In this document: piece by piece, positions 44,650-57,100 of the stretch
How positions within the stretch are numbered: the first letter of the stretch is position 1
Layout of the letters: each line of letters begins with the position of its first letter
DNA from: Coriobacteriia bacterium
GTDB taxonomy: Bacteria; Actinomycetota; Coriobacteriia; Anaerosomatales; PALSA-660
Assembly: GCA_025361335.1 (NCBI GenBank)
Contig: JANYAK010000002.1
Coordinates: forward strand, 1,060 to 65,059
DNA: 64,000 nt
Reading direction: 5' to 3'
Notes under the pieces: model-generated
What the model was told of the DNA's origin: nothing
Database searches by the model: none
The model's input: only the letters and a program-made list of their open reading frames with translations
Program-made: the position numbers and the translations under genes

Positions 44650-45012
44650 GTGAAACGACTTCCGATCTTGGCACTACTGGGCGCGCTGCTCTTCTCAGTC
44701 CCGCTGCTCGCACCTGGTGCCGCATCCGCCCACCCGGGCAACACCTGCAACCCGCCCGCCGGACATGGCAACAGCGGCTGTCACCGAGTCGCCGCGTCCG
44801 CGCCCTCGCCCTCGCCCCGTCCCGCGTCGCAGCCCAAGGCCCGAGTGAAGAAGGCCCCGTCCAGGCGGGTCGCACGCCGCGCGGCCCCGGCACCCGCGCC
44901 GGCGCCGGCGCCCGTCGTCGCGCCGGTCGTCGAGACCCCGATCACGGACGCCGACCTGGGAGCCGCCTTCTTCGGGACCCAGCCCGGCTACGGCGGGCGC
45001 GGCGACCGCTAG
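44650..45012 (+). CDS. Small secreted Pro/Ala-rich hypothetical protein
   Basis: GTG follows GGAGGCAAGA. Signal peptide VKRLPILALLGALLFSVPLLAPGAASA|HPGNTCNPPAGHGNSGCH..., then a low-complexity PAPAPAP region. Confidence 0.55.
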   Translation: MKRLPILALLGALLFSVPLLAPGAASAHPGNTCNPPAGHGNSGCHRVAASAPSPSPRPASQPKARVKKAPSRRVARRAAPAPAPAPAPVVAPVVETPITDADLGAAFFGTQPGYGGRGDR

Positions 45013-45037
45013 ACGCCGCCGACCCCGCTTCCCCACG

Positions 45038-45067
45038 TGAGAGGGGCGCCCCATCGGGCGCCCCTCT
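45038..45067. terminator. Bidirectional terminator-like hairpin between convergent genes
   Basis: GAGAGGGGCGCC-CCATCG-GGCGCCCCTCTC, perfect 12-bp arms. Confidence 0.55.
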
Positions 45068-45095
45068 CACGCTTCGGCAGGTCCCGCGCAGCCGG

Positions 45096-46172
45096 CTAGG
45101 CGGGGGTGAAATCGGTGCCCGGCTTCAAATCGAGCACGAAGCGCGCCAGGATCTTGACCGCGTCCTCGATGTCGGACAGCGCGAGCACTTCCGTGGGCGT
45201 GTGCATGTAGCGCAGTGGTATCGACACGAGCGCCGCGGCCTTGCCGCCACGGGACAGCTGGATCGCGTTCGCGTCGGTGCCGGTGCCTCGGGGCTCGGCG
45301 CCCACCTGATAGCCGACCTTCGCCTTGTCCGCCGCGGCGCACAGGAGGTCGAACACGACCTGGTTGATGTTGGCGCCGCGCGCGATGATCGGACCCTTCC
45401 CGCAGCACGCCTCACCGTGATTGCGCTTGTCGACGTCCGGATAGTCCGTGGCGTGGCCGACTTCGAGCGCGATGCCCACAACGGGATCGACTCCATAGGC
45501 GCTGGTGTGCCCGCCGCGCAGGCCGAGCTCCTCCTGGACCGTCGCGGCGGCGATCAGGTCGCCCTTCGCACCGCCGGCCTTCTTCACTTCCTCGAGCACC
45601 TTGGCGCAGATGTAGGCGCCCATCTTGTCGTCGAACGCGCGGGCCACGGCCATGCCGTCGCCGAACGTCTCGAAGCCGACGCCGTACGTGATCGGGTCGC
45701 CGATCCGCACCAAGGCCTTGACCCGCTCGGCAGGCAGGCCGAGGTCGATGAAGAGCTTCTCTATCTTGGTGACGGTCTTGCGCTGGTCCTCGTCGATGAG
45801 GTGGATCGGGAGACGGCCCATCACACCGCGCAGGACACCTTGCTTGGTGTGCACGTCCACGCGCATCCCGGGCAGGATCGCGGCGTCCACGCCGCCGATG
45901 GGCTTGAAGGCCACATATCCCTCCGGCGTGACGTAGTTGATCATCATGCCGACTTCGTCGATGTGCCCGGCCAGCATAACCGACGGGCCGGCGCCCTTCC
46001 CCTTGCCGGTGCCCTTGAGCACGGCGTGCACAGAGCCCATGACGTTCGTCTCGACGGAGTCGGCGAGCGGCGTCAGGTAGTCGCGGAAGACCCTCGCTGC
46101 GGGCTGCTCGAAGCCTGATGGCGACGGCGCTTCGGTGAGGTCCTTGAGTAGCTTGAGATCGGACGGACGCAT
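45096..46172 (-). CDS. M42-family glutamyl aminopeptidase / FrvX-like peptidase
   Basis: From MRPSDLKLLKDLTEAPSPSGFE (typical M42 N-terminus), with AHIDE.G and DD..G metal-ligand contexts. GGGAGG RBS. Confidence 0.88.
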   Translation of the reverse strand: MRPSDLKLLKDLTEAPSPSGFEQPAARVFRDYLTPLADSVETNVMGSVHAVLKGTGKGKGAGPSVMLAGHIDEVGMMINYVTPEGYVAFKPIGGVDAAILPGMRVDVHTKQGVLRGVMGRLPIHLIDEDQRKTVTKIEKLFIDLGLPAERVKALVRIGDPITYGVGFETFGDGMAVARAFDDKMGAYICAKVLEEVKKAGGAKGDLIAAATVQEELGLRGGHTSAYGVDPVVGIALEVGHATDYPDVDKRNHGEACCGKGPIIARGANINQVVFDLLCAAADKAKVGYQVGAEPRGTGTDANAIQLSRGGKAAALVSIPLRYMHTPTEVLALSDIEDAVKILARFVLDLKPGTDFTPA

Positions 46173-46301
46173 GAGAGTGCCTCCCGGTCGGATCGAGATG
46201 GTTCGAGATGGTTCGACCATCCGAGTCTATCGGTACCCGAACGTCGAGAACAGGGCACGCCGTGCGGCGGATGGAAGCCTGGACCCCCCGGGTGCGATCA
46301 G

Positions 46302-46970
46302 CTACGTGCGCGGCTTCAAGACCGCGAAGGTCCCGTCGGCGGCGCCCACCAGAGCCGAATCGGCTCGCCGCCGTGCGAACAGGCCGCAGCCGACGACGCC
46401 GGGCAGGGCCTCGAGGATCGATTCGAGCGCCTCGGGGTCCGACAGGTCGAGCCCGTCCACGTCGAGGACCACATTGCCGTTGTCGGTCACGAACAGGGCC
46501 CGCTCGGCCACCACGCCGCCGAGCGCGTCGATCTCGCGTTGGACATAGGCCCGTGCCATCGGGAGCACTTCGACGGGCAGCGGCACGCCGCCCAGCGCGG
46601 TGACCACCTTCGTCTCGTCCACGATGCACACGAAACGGTCCGCGGCGGACGCGACGACCTTCTCGCGGGCCATCGCTCCCCCGGCTCCCTTGATCAGCCG
46701 AAGAAGCGGATCGACCTGGTCGGCGCCGTCGACATACATCTCGACACGGCCGCCGATCTCCTCGAGCCCGACGACGCGCATGCCGGCAGCCAGGAGCCGA
46801 TGCGTCGTGTCCACCGAGCTCGACACCGCGCCGGCCGCGCGGGTGGCCGGCAGGCCCTCGATGAAGTATGCCGCCGTGCTCCCGGTCCCGACCCCCACCA
46901 CCGAGCCGGGCCGGACGAGCGCCAGCGCGGCCTCGGCGGCCGCCCTCTTTCCCGCTTCGCCCGTCCTCAT
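46302..46970 (-). CDS. rpiA: Ribose-5-phosphate isomerase A
   Basis: Contains VVGVGTGST, YVDGADQVD and IKGAGGAMAREK motifs. ATGA overlap with the rnr stop. The track ORF upstream extension is discounted. Confidence 0.9.
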   Translation of the reverse strand: MRTGEAGKRAAAEAALALVRPGSVVGVGTGSTAAYFIEGLPATRAAGAVSSSVDTTHRLLAAGMRVVGLEEIGGRVEMYVDGADQVDPLLRLIKGAGGAMAREKVVASAADRFVCIVDETKVVTALGGVPLPVEVLPMARAYVQREIDALGGVVAERALFVTDNGNVVLDVDGLDLSDPEALESILEALPGVVGCGLFARRRADSALVGAADGTFAVLKPRT

Positions 46971-49048
46971 CGCACCCACTCCATCTCGATGCGCCGGTCC
47001 GCCAGCGCGACATCCACGATCCGGACCGTGACCGCCTGACCCAGCCGCCATGTCACGCCCTTGTTCTCGCCGTGGAGCAGGAATCGCTCGGCATCGAACG
47101 TGTAGTGGTCGTCGCGCATGGCCATCACGTGCACGAGCCCCTCGGCCGTGTTTTCCAATTGGACGAACGCGCCGTATGACGAGACCGAAGTGATGATGCC
47201 GGCGAACTCCTCACCGATATGCTCCGCCATGAGCTCGCACAGCTTGATCTTGACCGAGTCGTTCTCGGCTGCCTCCGCCTCGCGCTCCATCATCGAGCTC
47301 TGCTCCGCCAGCCACTCCAGCTCAGAGACCATGTCGGACGTCGGCGGCTCGTGCAGCGTCCCGGTCAGTTGGGCGCGCAGCAGCCGATGGACGATGAGGT
47401 CGGGATAGCGCCGGATCGGCGACGTGAAATGGCAGTAGGCGTCGGAGGCCAGGCCGAAGTGGCTATCGAGATAGTCGACGTAGCGCGCCCGCTTGAGCGC
47501 GCGCAGCAGCAGCGAGTTGATGAGCAGGCGCTCGGGCCGCTCGTGCGCGTACGCGATGAGCTTCTGGAACGTGTGCGGCGTGGCGGCGCCCACGTCCTTG
47601 ATCGGGTAGTCGAACTCCTGCAGGACCACGCCTATCTGCGCCAGCGCATCCGGGTCGGGATCCTCGTGGATGCGGTAGACCATCGGCGCTTCGTGGTCCC
47701 GCATGTGCCGGGCGACCACCTCGTTGGCGGCGATCATCGCCTCCTCGATCATGCTGGTCGCCACCGTCTTCTCGCGCAAGGTGACCTCGAGGGGATGGCC
47801 CTTCGGGTCGAGCCACACCTTCGCCTCGACCGATTCGAAGTCGAGGCCGCCGCGCGCGACCCGTCTCCGCCCGATGGCCGCGGCCACTCCCCGGAAGTCC
47901 GTGAGCAGACGCTCGGCCTCCTCGGACGGCCAGCCTTCGCCCGTATCGAGCCAGCGCTGGACGCCCTCGTAGTCGCACCGGTGGTCGGAGCGGATGACGC
48001 TCGGGTAGAGCCGGTAGCGCCCGACCAGCCCGGTGCGGTCCAGATCGAACTCCGCCGTCATGGTGAAGCGGTCGACGCCCGGATTGAGCGAGCACACTCC
48101 GTTGCTCAGCCGCTCGGGCAGCATCGGGAGAACGCGATCCACGAGGTAGACCGACGTGGCGCGCTGGACCGCTTCCTGATCGATGACGCTCCCCCACGGC
48201 ACGTAATGGCTCACGTCCGCGATATGCACCCACATCCGGAACCCGCCGTCCACGCGCTCGAGCGAGATGGCGTCGTCGAAGTCGCGGGCATCGACCGGGT
48301 CGATTGTGATGGTGAGCAGGTCGCGCAGGTCCTCGCGGCCCGGCTCGACGGGACCCACCGCCTCCGGGATCACGCCGGCCGCGATCTCGACCTCCTTGGG
48401 GAATGCGGCACGCAGGCCGTGCTCGCGGATCACGACCTCGACGTCGACCCCGGGGTCCGTCGCGTTGCCCAGAACCTCCTCCACGCTGCCCTGCGCCGAG
48501 TGGCCCACCGCGGGGAAAGACGTGATCCGCACGACCACGATGTCACCGGTGCTCGCGCCCCCGAAGCCGTCGTGCCCCACGACCACGTCACCCTTGATCC
48601 GCCGATCGGTGGGAGAAACGAGCCCCATGCGTCCCTGCTTCTCGAACCGGCCGACGATCGTCTGGTTGTGTCGCTCTACGATGGAGGCGACCTCGCCGGC
48701 GCGCCCCTTGCCCTGCTGGCGCTGGTGGAGCCGCACGGTCACGGTGTCACCGTGCATCGCTCCGCGCATGTCCCCCGAGGCGATGTAGATGTCGCCCGTC
48801 GGGGACGAGACGAAGCCGTAGCCCCGCACGTTCACCGAGATGCGACCCTCGACTGTATTGCGCTCGCGCAGCGCCGCGTAGGTCTCGGGCCGGACCTCCG
48901 CCGCGTGGCCGCTCTTGACCAAGTGGCGCAGGGTCTCGCGGACCAGCGTCGGCTTGAAGCCGTCCCCCGGTCCCGCCATGATCTGCGCGAACGTCATCGG
49001 CCCATCGGATGCCTTGAGCGCCTTGAGAACTGTCTTGCGTACCCGCAT
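46967..49048 (-). CDS. rnr: Ribonuclease R
   Basis: 693 aa. N-terminal winged-helix/CSD, RNB domain (TIDPVDARDFDDAISL...YLVDRVLPMLPE...FTSPIRRYPDLIVHR) and a C-terminal S1 domain. Confidence 0.93.
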   Translation of the reverse strand: MRVRKTVLKALKASDGPMTFAQIMAGPGDGFKPTLVRETLRHLVKSGHAAEVRPETYAALRERNTVEGRISVNVRGYGFVSSPTGDIYIASGDMRGAMHGDTVTVRLHQRQQGKGRAGEVASIVERHNQTIVGRFEKQGRMGLVSPTDRRIKGDVVVGHDGFGGASTGDIVVVRITSFPAVGHSAQGSVEEVLGNATDPGVDVEVVIREHGLRAAFPKEVEIAAGVIPEAVGPVEPGREDLRDLLTITIDPVDARDFDDAISLERVDGGFRMWVHIADVSHYVPWGSVIDQEAVQRATSVYLVDRVLPMLPERLSNGVCSLNPGVDRFTMTAEFDLDRTGLVGRYRLYPSVIRSDHRCDYEGVQRWLDTGEGWPSEEAERLLTDFRGVAAAIGRRRVARGGLDFESVEAKVWLDPKGHPLEVTLREKTVATSMIEEAMIAANEVVARHMRDHEAPMVYRIHEDPDPDALAQIGVVLQEFDYPIKDVGAATPHTFQKLIAYAHERPERLLINSLLLRALKRARYVDYLDSHFGLASDAYCHFTSPIRRYPDLIVHRLLRAQLTGTLHEPPTSDMVSELEWLAEQSSMMEREAEAAENDSVKIKLCELMAEHIGEEFAGIITSVSSYGAFVQLENTAEGLVHVMAMRDDHYTFDAERFLLHGENKGVTWRLGQAVTVRIVDVALADRRIEMEWVR

Positions 49049-49204
49049 CGGTCCCCCCGATCGCCCCCGCCGCCGTTCGGCGGAGCGTCCAACCCTTCAT
49101 CAACCAGCGTACCCCGCGGAGGCTGGCATCGGTGGACTCGGTGCTAGAATCGCGGTAGGATTCGTCGTTCACCGCCCTACCCGGGGTCCTTGGAGGCACA
49201 GCAA

Positions 49205-49633
49205 ATGGACGGACGCACAGAGCTGGCAAGTTGCCTCGTGCACAACGGCACCGTCACGAGTCCCCGCGACATGGTCCGCGCTCTCGAGACCATCGAGTCG
49301 CTCACCTACACGCAGACGGTCGACGGTCAGGTAATGGCCGAGGGCAGTGGAACACTGGTCAAGATCATGGCCGAGCCGTCGGCCGCGACCATCCTGGTGA
49401 ACCAGTGCCTCTTCCTCAACGTCCTGAGCTTCCGCTACCTGACGTTCATGACGGCGGACGACGGCACGTGCAGCTTCGAGCTGGCCGGAGAGGGAATGAC
49501 GCTCACCCTCGTGCCCGTCGATGAGCCGGAGGGCTCCGAAGACAGGCTGCCCGCCCTGCTGCTGGACTCCGAGGACTTCGACGCTGAGAGCTACGTGCTG
49601 CTCGACGATGACGACGAGGACGAGGGCCGCTAG
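49205..49633 (+). CDS. Hypothetical acidic protein
   Basis: ATG at 49205 is preceded by GGAGG (8-nt spacer) and a TGcTAGAAT extended -10-like element at 49142-49150. Highly acidic C-terminal tail (DDDDEDEG). No motif recognised. Confidence 0.5.
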   Translation: MDGRTELASCLVHNGTVTSPRDMVRALETIESLTYTQTVDGQVMAEGSGTLVKIMAEPSAATILVNQCLFLNVLSFRYLTFMTADDGTCSFELAGEGMTLTLVPVDEPEGSEDRLPALLLDSEDFDAESYVLLDDDDEDEGR

Positions 49634-49654
49634 CCGCTCGGGCCGCTAGCCGCT
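49624..49654 (+). repeat. Perfect 15-bp direct repeat GGGCCGCTAGCCGCT x2 (1-nt spacer) spanning the stop codon of the preceding ORF
   Basis: Read directly: copies at 49624-49638 and 49640-49654. The TAG stop lies at 49631-49633 inside copy 1. Confidence 0.8.
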
Positions 49655-49684
49655 AGAGGGCTGGTGGCCCCGCTCTCCGCGCTT

Positions 49685-50890
49685 CTAGAACTTCCCGCGC
49701 AGTATCGCGACGGCCCGGCTCAACTGGGTGTCGGTCGCGGGCTTGGACTGCAGCTTCGGGTCCATCTTCACCACGACGTCGGGCGTGACGCCCTTGCCGT
49801 TGATGACGCGGCTCTTCGGGGTGAGGTAGTGCGCCGTCGTCAGCTTGACCGCCCCGCCGTTGGACAGGTCGCGGATCGTCTGCACGCTTCCCTTGCCGTA
49901 TGACTTCTCGCCCACGATGACCGCGCGCCCGTAGTCCTGCAGGGCGCCGGCGACGATCTCGCTGGCCGAAGCGGAGTTGTTGTCGACGAGGACCACGAGC
50001 GGCTTGTCGGTGGCGGTGCCGCCCACGGCCATCTGGCGCTCCTCGGGCTTGCCGCGCTGGTCGATGCGCACGATCACGCCGCTGTCGATGTAGAGCGAGG
50101 ACACCTGCACGGCCGCGCTCAGCAGTCCGCCGGGGTTCTCACGAAGATCGAGGATGAATCCTTTCGCGCCCTTGCCCTGGAGCTCGACCATCGCCTTGCC
50201 GATATCCTCAGCCGACTTGTCGTTGAACTGCATGAGCCGGATGTGTCCGACGTCCGTGCCGACCATGTCGGACATGATGTTGGGGATGGAGATGCGGGCG
50301 CGGGTGATGGTGAAGGTGAGCGGCTTGGCCGAGCCCTCGCGCGCGACACGGATGGTGACCTTGGTGTCGATCGGCCCTCGGATGCGGCCCACCACGTCGT
50401 CGAGGTCCCATTTCTTCTTCGAGACGCCGTCCACGGCCACGATCTGATCGCCCGCCTTGAGACCGGCCTTCTCGGCCGGCGAGCCCTTGAACACGGTGAT
50501 GATCGTGGGGGTGGTCTCGCGCAGGCCCACGGTCATACCCACACCGAAGAACTCGCCTTTGCTGTCCATGCGCAACTCGGTGTTGGCCTTGGGGTCGAAG
50601 TACATCGCGTACGTGTCCCCGAGCGAGTTGAGCAGCCCGTCGATGGCGTTCGTCGTCATGGAGTCCTCGGACGACGGTTTGAGGGCGTCGCGCACGATGA
50701 TGTCCTCGACCTCTTTGACCAGCGCCGGCAGCTTGCCGGACGGCACTGGAGTCACGCCCGCCTTGGCCGCACTCGCCGCGAGGGCGGGCGGGGTGCGGAG
50801 CCGCTCGTACATGGCCCCGCCGGCGAACGACCCGACGCCGATGAGGACTGCGATCGAAACGGCGATCGTCGCCTTGAGGAAGCGCTGCAT
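49685..50890 (-). CDS. ctpA: S41-family carboxy-terminal processing peptidase with PDZ domain
   Basis: 401 aa. N-terminal TM, PDZ (GSPAEKAGLKAGDQIVAVDG), catalytic region (NPGG, NNSASASEI.AGALQD, SYGKGSVQ). Confidence 0.9.
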   Translation of the reverse strand: MQRFLKATIAVSIAVLIGVGSFAGGAMYERLRTPPALAASAAKAGVTPVPSGKLPALVKEVEDIIVRDALKPSSEDSMTTNAIDGLLNSLGDTYAMYFDPKANTELRMDSKGEFFGVGMTVGLRETTPTIITVFKGSPAEKAGLKAGDQIVAVDGVSKKKWDLDDVVGRIRGPIDTKVTIRVAREGSAKPLTFTITRARISIPNIMSDMVGTDVGHIRLMQFNDKSAEDIGKAMVELQGKGAKGFILDLRENPGGLLSAAVQVSSLYIDSGVIVRIDQRGKPEERQMAVGGTATDKPLVVLVDNNSASASEIVAGALQDYGRAVIVGEKSYGKGSVQTIRDLSNGGAVKLTTAHYLTPKSRVINGKGVTPDVVVKMDPKLQSKPATDTQLSRAVAILRGKF

Positions 50891-50939
50891 GCATACCGCC
50901 TTGGTGAGTATGCGGTCCCGCTGCGGGGACCGCCGCCTG

Positions 50940-51845
50940 CTAGACCTTCAGGTAACGGCGGACAGCCGCACCGGATCCGGCGAGCCCGATCACCACGGCG
51001 GACAGGAGCAGGAGCCCGGTCAGCTGAGCGAGGGTGGTCCCGGAGATCGAGACGGGCAGGAAGCGCAGGTTGCGCTGGAGCCACGGCACGAGGAACGCCT
51101 GCGCCGCCAGGAGGGTGCCGCTCGCGAGAAGCGCTCCTACCACCGACTGGAAGACGCCTTCGAACAGGAACGGCGTGCGGATGAACCCGTTGCTCGCGCC
51201 GACGAGCCGCATGATGCCGATCTCCTTGCGGCGCGAGTAGATGGCCAGCCTGATGGTGTTGCCGATGAGCACGAGGCTCACGACGAGCAGAAGGATGACG
51301 AACACGAGGACGAACAGTCGGACGATGCCGGTCGCGGCGAAGAGGTTCTCCACGATGGTCTGGCCCCAGTGGACGTCCTCCTCGGCGTTCTTGATCACCT
51401 TGGCCAGCGCGGGGTCGGCCTTGATGGTCTTGACCACAGCGGCGACCTGGCGCGGATCTTTGAGCTTGACCTCGAACGAGGCGGGAAGCGGGTTGCCGCG
51501 GAGCTGCTCGACCAGCTGGGGCGAGTTCTTCGTGCGCTCCTTGAACCGCTCGAGAGCCTGCGTCTTGCTGACGTAGCTGACGCTGTCGACGCGCGGGTCC
51601 TTCTGCATGTCGCCTTGCAAGGCCTGCACGTCCGCGGGCGCGGCGCCGTCCTTCATGAATATCGAGATGGAGACCTTCTGCTCGAAGGAGGTGGCGATGC
51701 GGTTCACGATCGCGCCAGTCAGGAAGAACGTGCCGACGAGGAGCAGCGAGATGTAGATGATCGTCACCGCGACGAGACTCATCACCCAGTTGCGGCGGAA
51801 CGAGGACCATGCCTCGCCGATGAAGTAGCCGGGGCTAATCGCCAT
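50940..51845 (-). CDS. ftsX: Cell-division ABC transporter permease FtsX
   Basis: 301 aa. FtsX topology and C-terminal motif (EI.IM.LVGA...FIR.PF..EG). Overlaps ftsE by 11 nt. Confidence 0.9.
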   Translation of the reverse strand: MAISPGYFIGEAWSSFRRNWVMSLVAVTIIYISLLLVGTFFLTGAIVNRIATSFEQKVSISIFMKDGAAPADVQALQGDMQKDPRVDSVSYVSKTQALERFKERTKNSPQLVEQLRGNPLPASFEVKLKDPRQVAAVVKTIKADPALAKVIKNAEEDVHWGQTIVENLFAATGIVRLFVLVFVILLLVVSLVLIGNTIRLAIYSRRKEIGIMRLVGASNGFIRTPFLFEGVFQSVVGALLASGTLLAAQAFLVPWLQRNLRFLPVSISGTTLAQLTGLLLLSAVVIGLAGSGAAVRRYLKV

Positions 51846-52524
51846 ATCCGTACACCCCCCGGCTCTGGTCGCGGATGACCTTGCCGTTCTCGAGAGCGAT
51901 GACGCGCTTTCGCATGGAGTCGACCATCTCTCGGTCGTGGGTGGCGATGACCACGGTGGTTCCCGTCTTGTTGATGCGGTTGAGCAGACTCATGATGCCC
52001 AGCGATGTCGCCGGGTCCAGGTTTCCGGTCGGCTCGTCGGCCAGCAGCAGCGGCGGGCGGTTGACGAAGGCGCGGGCGATGGAGACGCGCTGCTGCTCGC
52101 CGCCGGAGAGCTCGTCGGGGTAGCTTTCGGCCTTGTCGTCCAGGCCGACGAGCTTGAGCACCTCGGGGACCTGAGTCCGGATGACGTGCTTCGACTTCCC
52201 GATGACCTCCAGGGCGAACGCGACGTTCTCGTAGCTCGTCTTGTTCGGCAGGAGCTTGAAGTCTTGGAACACGCAACCGATGTTGCGGCGCAGGAACGGG
52301 ATCTTCCAGTTGCGCATGTGGACGACGTCTTGCCCGGCGACGATGATCTCGCCGGTGGTGGGCAGGATCTCGCGCAGGAGAAGCTTGATAAGGGTGGACT
52401 TCCCGGAACCGGAATGTCCGACAAGGAACGTGAACTCACCTTGGGCGATGTCGACGTCTATGTCGCTCAGCGCCGGCGGCTTGTCCGCGATGTAGACCTT
52501 ACTCACGTTCTTCATTGAGATCAC
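51835..52524 (-). CDS. ftsE: Cell-division ATP-binding protein FtsE
   Basis: Walker [10 protein letters not shown], signature LSGGEQQR, Walker B LLLADEPT. Confidence 0.93.
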   Translation of the reverse strand: MISMKNVSKVYIADKPPALSDIDVDIAQGEFTFLVGHSGSGKSTLIKLLLREILPTTGEIIVAGQDVVHMRNWKIPFLRRNIGCVFQDFKLLPNKTSYENVAFALEVIGKSKHVIRTQVPEVLKLVGLDDKAESYPDELSGGEQQRVSIARAFVNRPPLLLADEPTGNLDPATSLGIMSLLNRINKTGTTVVIATHDREMVDSMRKRVIALENGKVIRDQSRGVYGYGD

Positions 52525-52642
52525 AGTGGGCTACTCCGTCCGTATGCAACGACTCCCGACCGCATATGGTAGCAGAAGCATGGCCGCCCCCCGGAGCCCG
52601 GGGGCATCTCCATGCGGAATCCACAGCCGAGCGGTTCGCCGT

Positions 52643-53599
52643 TCACGAGCTTGACAGGCTGCTTCGAGCGATGACACGGCGTGCCGCCGCCGCGATATCC
52701 CCGGCGCTCAACCCGAAGTGCTCCATGAGCTCGTCGGCCTCGCCCGAGGTGCCGAACACGTCTCGGACGCCGACACGCTCAAGCGGGACGGGCGCATGTT
52801 CTCCGACCAGTTCAGCAACTGCCGAGCCGAGTCCGCCGATGATGGAGTGTTCCTCGCAGGTGACGACCGCGCCGGTCTTGGTGACCGAGGCCAGGATCGT
52901 GTCCTCGTCGAGCGGCTTGATGGTGGCCGCGTCGACCACATCGGCGGCGATCCCCTCGGCGGCGAGCAGGTTCGCGGCGTCCAGGGCGCGCGTGACCATG
53001 GCGCCGCACGCGACGAGGCTGACCGCGGTGCCCGCGCGCAGCACGTACGCGCGACCGACCTCGAACTCGAATGCGTCGTCGTAGACGGCGGGCAGAGCGG
53101 GCCGGCCCAGGCGGATGTAGAACGGCCCGGGGGTCGAGGCAGCAGCGCGGATCGCACCCGCCGCGGCACGGTAGTCCGCCGGCACCAGGACGCGCATGTT
53201 GGGCAGGACCCGCATGAGCGCGATGTCCTCGACCATCTGATGGCTGCCGCCATCAGGGCCCACCGTGATCCCCGCATGGGTGGCGGCGATCTTGACGTCG
53301 AGGTTGCCGTAGCACACCGAGTTGCGCACCTGGTCGTAGGCGCGGCCCGTGGCGAACACCGCGAAACTGGACGCGAACGCGGTGCGCCCCCCGGCGGCGA
53401 GGCCGGCGGCGGTGCCGATGAGGTTCTGCTCCGCGATGCCGACGTCGAAGAAGCGGTCGGGGTGCGCGGCGGCGAACTTGACCGTTGTGGTCGCCTTGGC
53501 CAGGTCGGCGTCGAGCACGACGATGTCGTCGCGGCCCTCGGCCGCAAGCTCGAGCAGGGTGGCTCCCAGGGCTTCGCGGGTGGCCCTCTTGTCGCTCAC
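52643..53599 (-). CDS. Transketolase, C-terminal (pyrimidine-binding) subunit
   Basis: GTG start (VSDKRATREALG...) forms a GTGA overlap with the N-terminal subunit gene. Contains DADL..ST, F.DVGIAEQN..G.AAGLA and FA.F. The track start is discounted. Confidence 0.88.
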   Translation of the reverse strand: MSDKRATREALGATLLELAAEGRDDIVVLDADLAKATTTVKFAAAHPDRFFDVGIAEQNLIGTAAGLAAGGRTAFASSFAVFATGRAYDQVRNSVCYGNLDVKIAATHAGITVGPDGGSHQMVEDIALMRVLPNMRVLVPADYRAAAGAIRAAASTPGPFYIRLGRPALPAVYDDAFEFEVGRAYVLRAGTAVSLVACGAMVTRALDAANLLAAEGIAADVVDAATIKPLDEDTILASVTKTGAVVTCEEHSIIGGLGSAVAELVGEHAPVPLERVGVRDVFGTSGEADELMEHFGLSAGDIAAAARRVIARSSLSSS

Positions 53600-54432
53600 A
53601 GGGCGCTCCCTTCGGCCATCTCGGACAACGCCGTCGCGCACTGTTCGGCGTTGGGCGCCTTGCCGTGCCAGTCGCAGAGGCCCTCCATGAACGAGACGCC
53701 CCTGCCCTTCATGGTGCGCGCGACGATGACGACGGGGCCGCCTCGGTGAAGGCGCGCGGCTCCGAACGCGGCGAGCAGTTCGTGGAGGCTGTGACCGTCG
53801 CAGGTCAGCACCTCCCAGCCGAATGCGGCGAACTTGGCGCCGACGTCGCCGACGTCCATGACCTCACATGTGGGGCCGTCGATCTGGAGCCCGTTGAGGT
53901 CCACGATGGCGACCACGTTGCCGAGGCGGTAGTGGGCGGCGAGCATGGCCGCCTCCCACACCTCGCCCTCCTGGAGCTCGCCGTCGCCCAGGAGGCAGTA
54001 GACCGTGGAGGCGGCGTTGTCGTCGAGCCGGAGAGCGAGCGCCAGACCATTGGCCAGAGCGAGTCCCTGCCCGAGCGAACCGGTGGAGACCTCGACGCCC
54101 GGCAGCTTGCGCGCATCGGGGTGACCCTGCAGGCGAGAGCCCAGCTTGCGCAGGGTGGAGAGCTCCTCGCGCGGGAAGTAGCCGGACTCGGCCAGCGCCG
54201 CGTACAGCACGGGGGCGGCGTGACCCTTCGACAGCACGAAGCGGTCGCGCTCGGGAAGGTCGGGACGCGCGGGGTCGTGCTCCATCGCGGCGCCGAAGAG
54301 CGTGGCCACGATCTCGACTGCGGACAGGGACCCACCGGGGTGTCCTGAGCCCGCGGCTCCGACCATCTCGATGATGTCGCGTCTCATCTGCCGGCACGTG
54401 CGCGCGATCGTGGGGATGTCAGCCGTCGTCAT
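53596..54432 (-). CDS. Transketolase, N-terminal (TPP-binding) subunit
   Basis: Contains GSGHPGGSLS, D.FVLSKGHA.P.LYA, GSLGQGL and GDGE..EG..WEA, the TPP-binding motifs of split transketolases. Confidence 0.9.
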   Translation of the reverse strand: MTTADIPTIARTCRQMRRDIIEMVGAAGSGHPGGSLSAVEIVATLFGAAMEHDPARPDLPERDRFVLSKGHAAPVLYAALAESGYFPREELSTLRKLGSRLQGHPDARKLPGVEVSTGSLGQGLALANGLALALRLDDNAASTVYCLLGDGELQEGEVWEAAMLAAHYRLGNVVAIVDLNGLQIDGPTCEVMDVGDVGAKFAAFGWEVLTCDGHSLHELLAAFGAARLHRGGPVVIVARTMKGRGVSFMEGLCDWHGKAPNAEQCATALSEMAEGSAL

Positions 54433-54502
54433 CGTCTGGGCGTGTCCTTCCCGGGACCGGTGTCGGGCGCGATACCCGAGGCCACGGACAGGGTACCAGA
54501 CG

Positions 54503-57040
<2,538 letters not shown>

Positions 57041-57100
57041 GGATAGTAGTCGGCCCCTCGCGCGCCGGCGGTGAGAGCGAGCGGATGCGCGGTCGCGCGG

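Noticed and set aside
47219-49147. 642-aa plus-strand ORF antisense to rnr, and the similar 652-aa ORF (61024..62982) antisense to secA
   Set aside because: These are shadow ORFs opposite highly conserved genes, with no recognisable domains.
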